Positions 63,703 through 64,000 of a DNA stretch of 64,000 bases are shown piece by piece (position 1 is the stretch's first letter; the number at the start of each line of letters is the position of its first letter). The DNA comes from Myxococcales bacterium (lineage in GTDB: Bacteria > Myxococcota > Myxococcia > Myxococcales > 40CM-4-68-19). The stretch spans positions 37,773-101,772 of the forward strand of contig DATBZA010000107.1 in NCBI GenBank assembly GCA_036513415.1. The letters are read 5' to 3'. Position numbers and translations under genes: made by a program. The notes beneath the pieces were generated by a model that made no database searches, was not told the DNA's origin, and worked only from the letters and a program-made list of their open reading frames with translations.

Positions 63703-64000
63703 GGCGGGGCGCGTGAGGCGTTCGGCCTGGCGCTCGTCGAGCGGCACGAAGCGGTCCTGCTCGGGGTCGTAAGCGAGCACCTCCGCGTTGCCGATGTCGA
63801 ACCAGAAGGCGTGCAGGCGCAGCCCGCTCTCCTTCTCGGCGCGCTCGACCACCGGGTAGGTGCGCAGGTGCTCGAGTTGGAGCAACACGTTTGCCTGCGA
63901 GAGCCGGTCCACGGCTTCCACCGCGGTGCGATCCGGAATGCGCTCGAGCGCGCGCTCCGCGTGCCGCAGCCAGGAGCGCAGGTGAGGGGCGGAAACGCTC
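63676..64000 (-). CDS. beta-class carbonic anhydrase, C-terminal part (5' end beyond window)
   Basis: The frame stays open from 63921 to the window edge, reading ...HLRSWLRHAERALERIPDRTAVEAVDRL. The C-terminal pattern NVLLQLEHLRTYPVV...LRLHAFWFDIGNAEV is typical of beta-CA. Confidence 0.6.
   Translation of the reverse strand, partial: SVSAPHLRSWLRHAERALERIPDRTAVEAVDRLSQANVLLQLEHLRTYPVVERAEKESGLRLHAFWFDIGNAEVLAYDPEQDRFVPLDERQAERLTRPASVHSGGAL

Overview
High-GC bacterial chromosomal segment, roughly two-thirds G+C judged by eye (not computed). I call about 50 protein-coding genes and found no rRNA, tRNA or CRISPR array. The many long alternative-frame ORFs in the track are GC-driven shadow ORFs. 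Gene content is dominated by signal transduction: 5 histidine kinases, 5 stand-alone response regulators, 3 sigma-54 enhancer-binding proteins (EBPs) and 3 ECF-type sigma factors. There are also three efflux systems (TetR-EmrA-EmrB-like, an RND pair, and a TolC-adaptor-RND operon). A co-directional glycogen-degradation / oxidative pentose-phosphate cluster is present (histidine phosphatase, glgP, pgi, class I aldolase, gnd, zwf, glgX). The gene repertoire resembles soil Acidobacteriota/Myxococcota-type genomes, but taxonomy cannot be assigned from this window. Main hunt results: (1) A 2,062-aa single ORF joins a degenerate Ser/Thr-kinase domain, a STAND NTPase, a TPR-like region, GAF and two PAS domains directly to a sigma-54 AAA+ activator with an HTH. 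A near-consensus -24/-12 promoter and a small STAS-like gene follow its stop codon. (2) Ten candidate sigma-54 promoters, three sharing an extended core. Several sit so close to start codons lacking a Shine-Dalgarno (SD) sequence that leaderless or very short-leader transcripts are predicted. (3) An unexplained 24-nt element (23/24 identical) occurs twice, each copy exactly 19 nt after a TAG stop. (4) A 25-bp-period tandem repeat with an internal inverted repeat lies in an AT-rich spacer upstream of a REC-EBP operon. (5) A sensor-less EBP with a GAFTSA loop variant lies upstream of the glycogen/PPP cluster. (6) A probable internally deleted IS200/RayT-like transposase remnant. All functional calls rest on motif recognition by eye; no database search was run.
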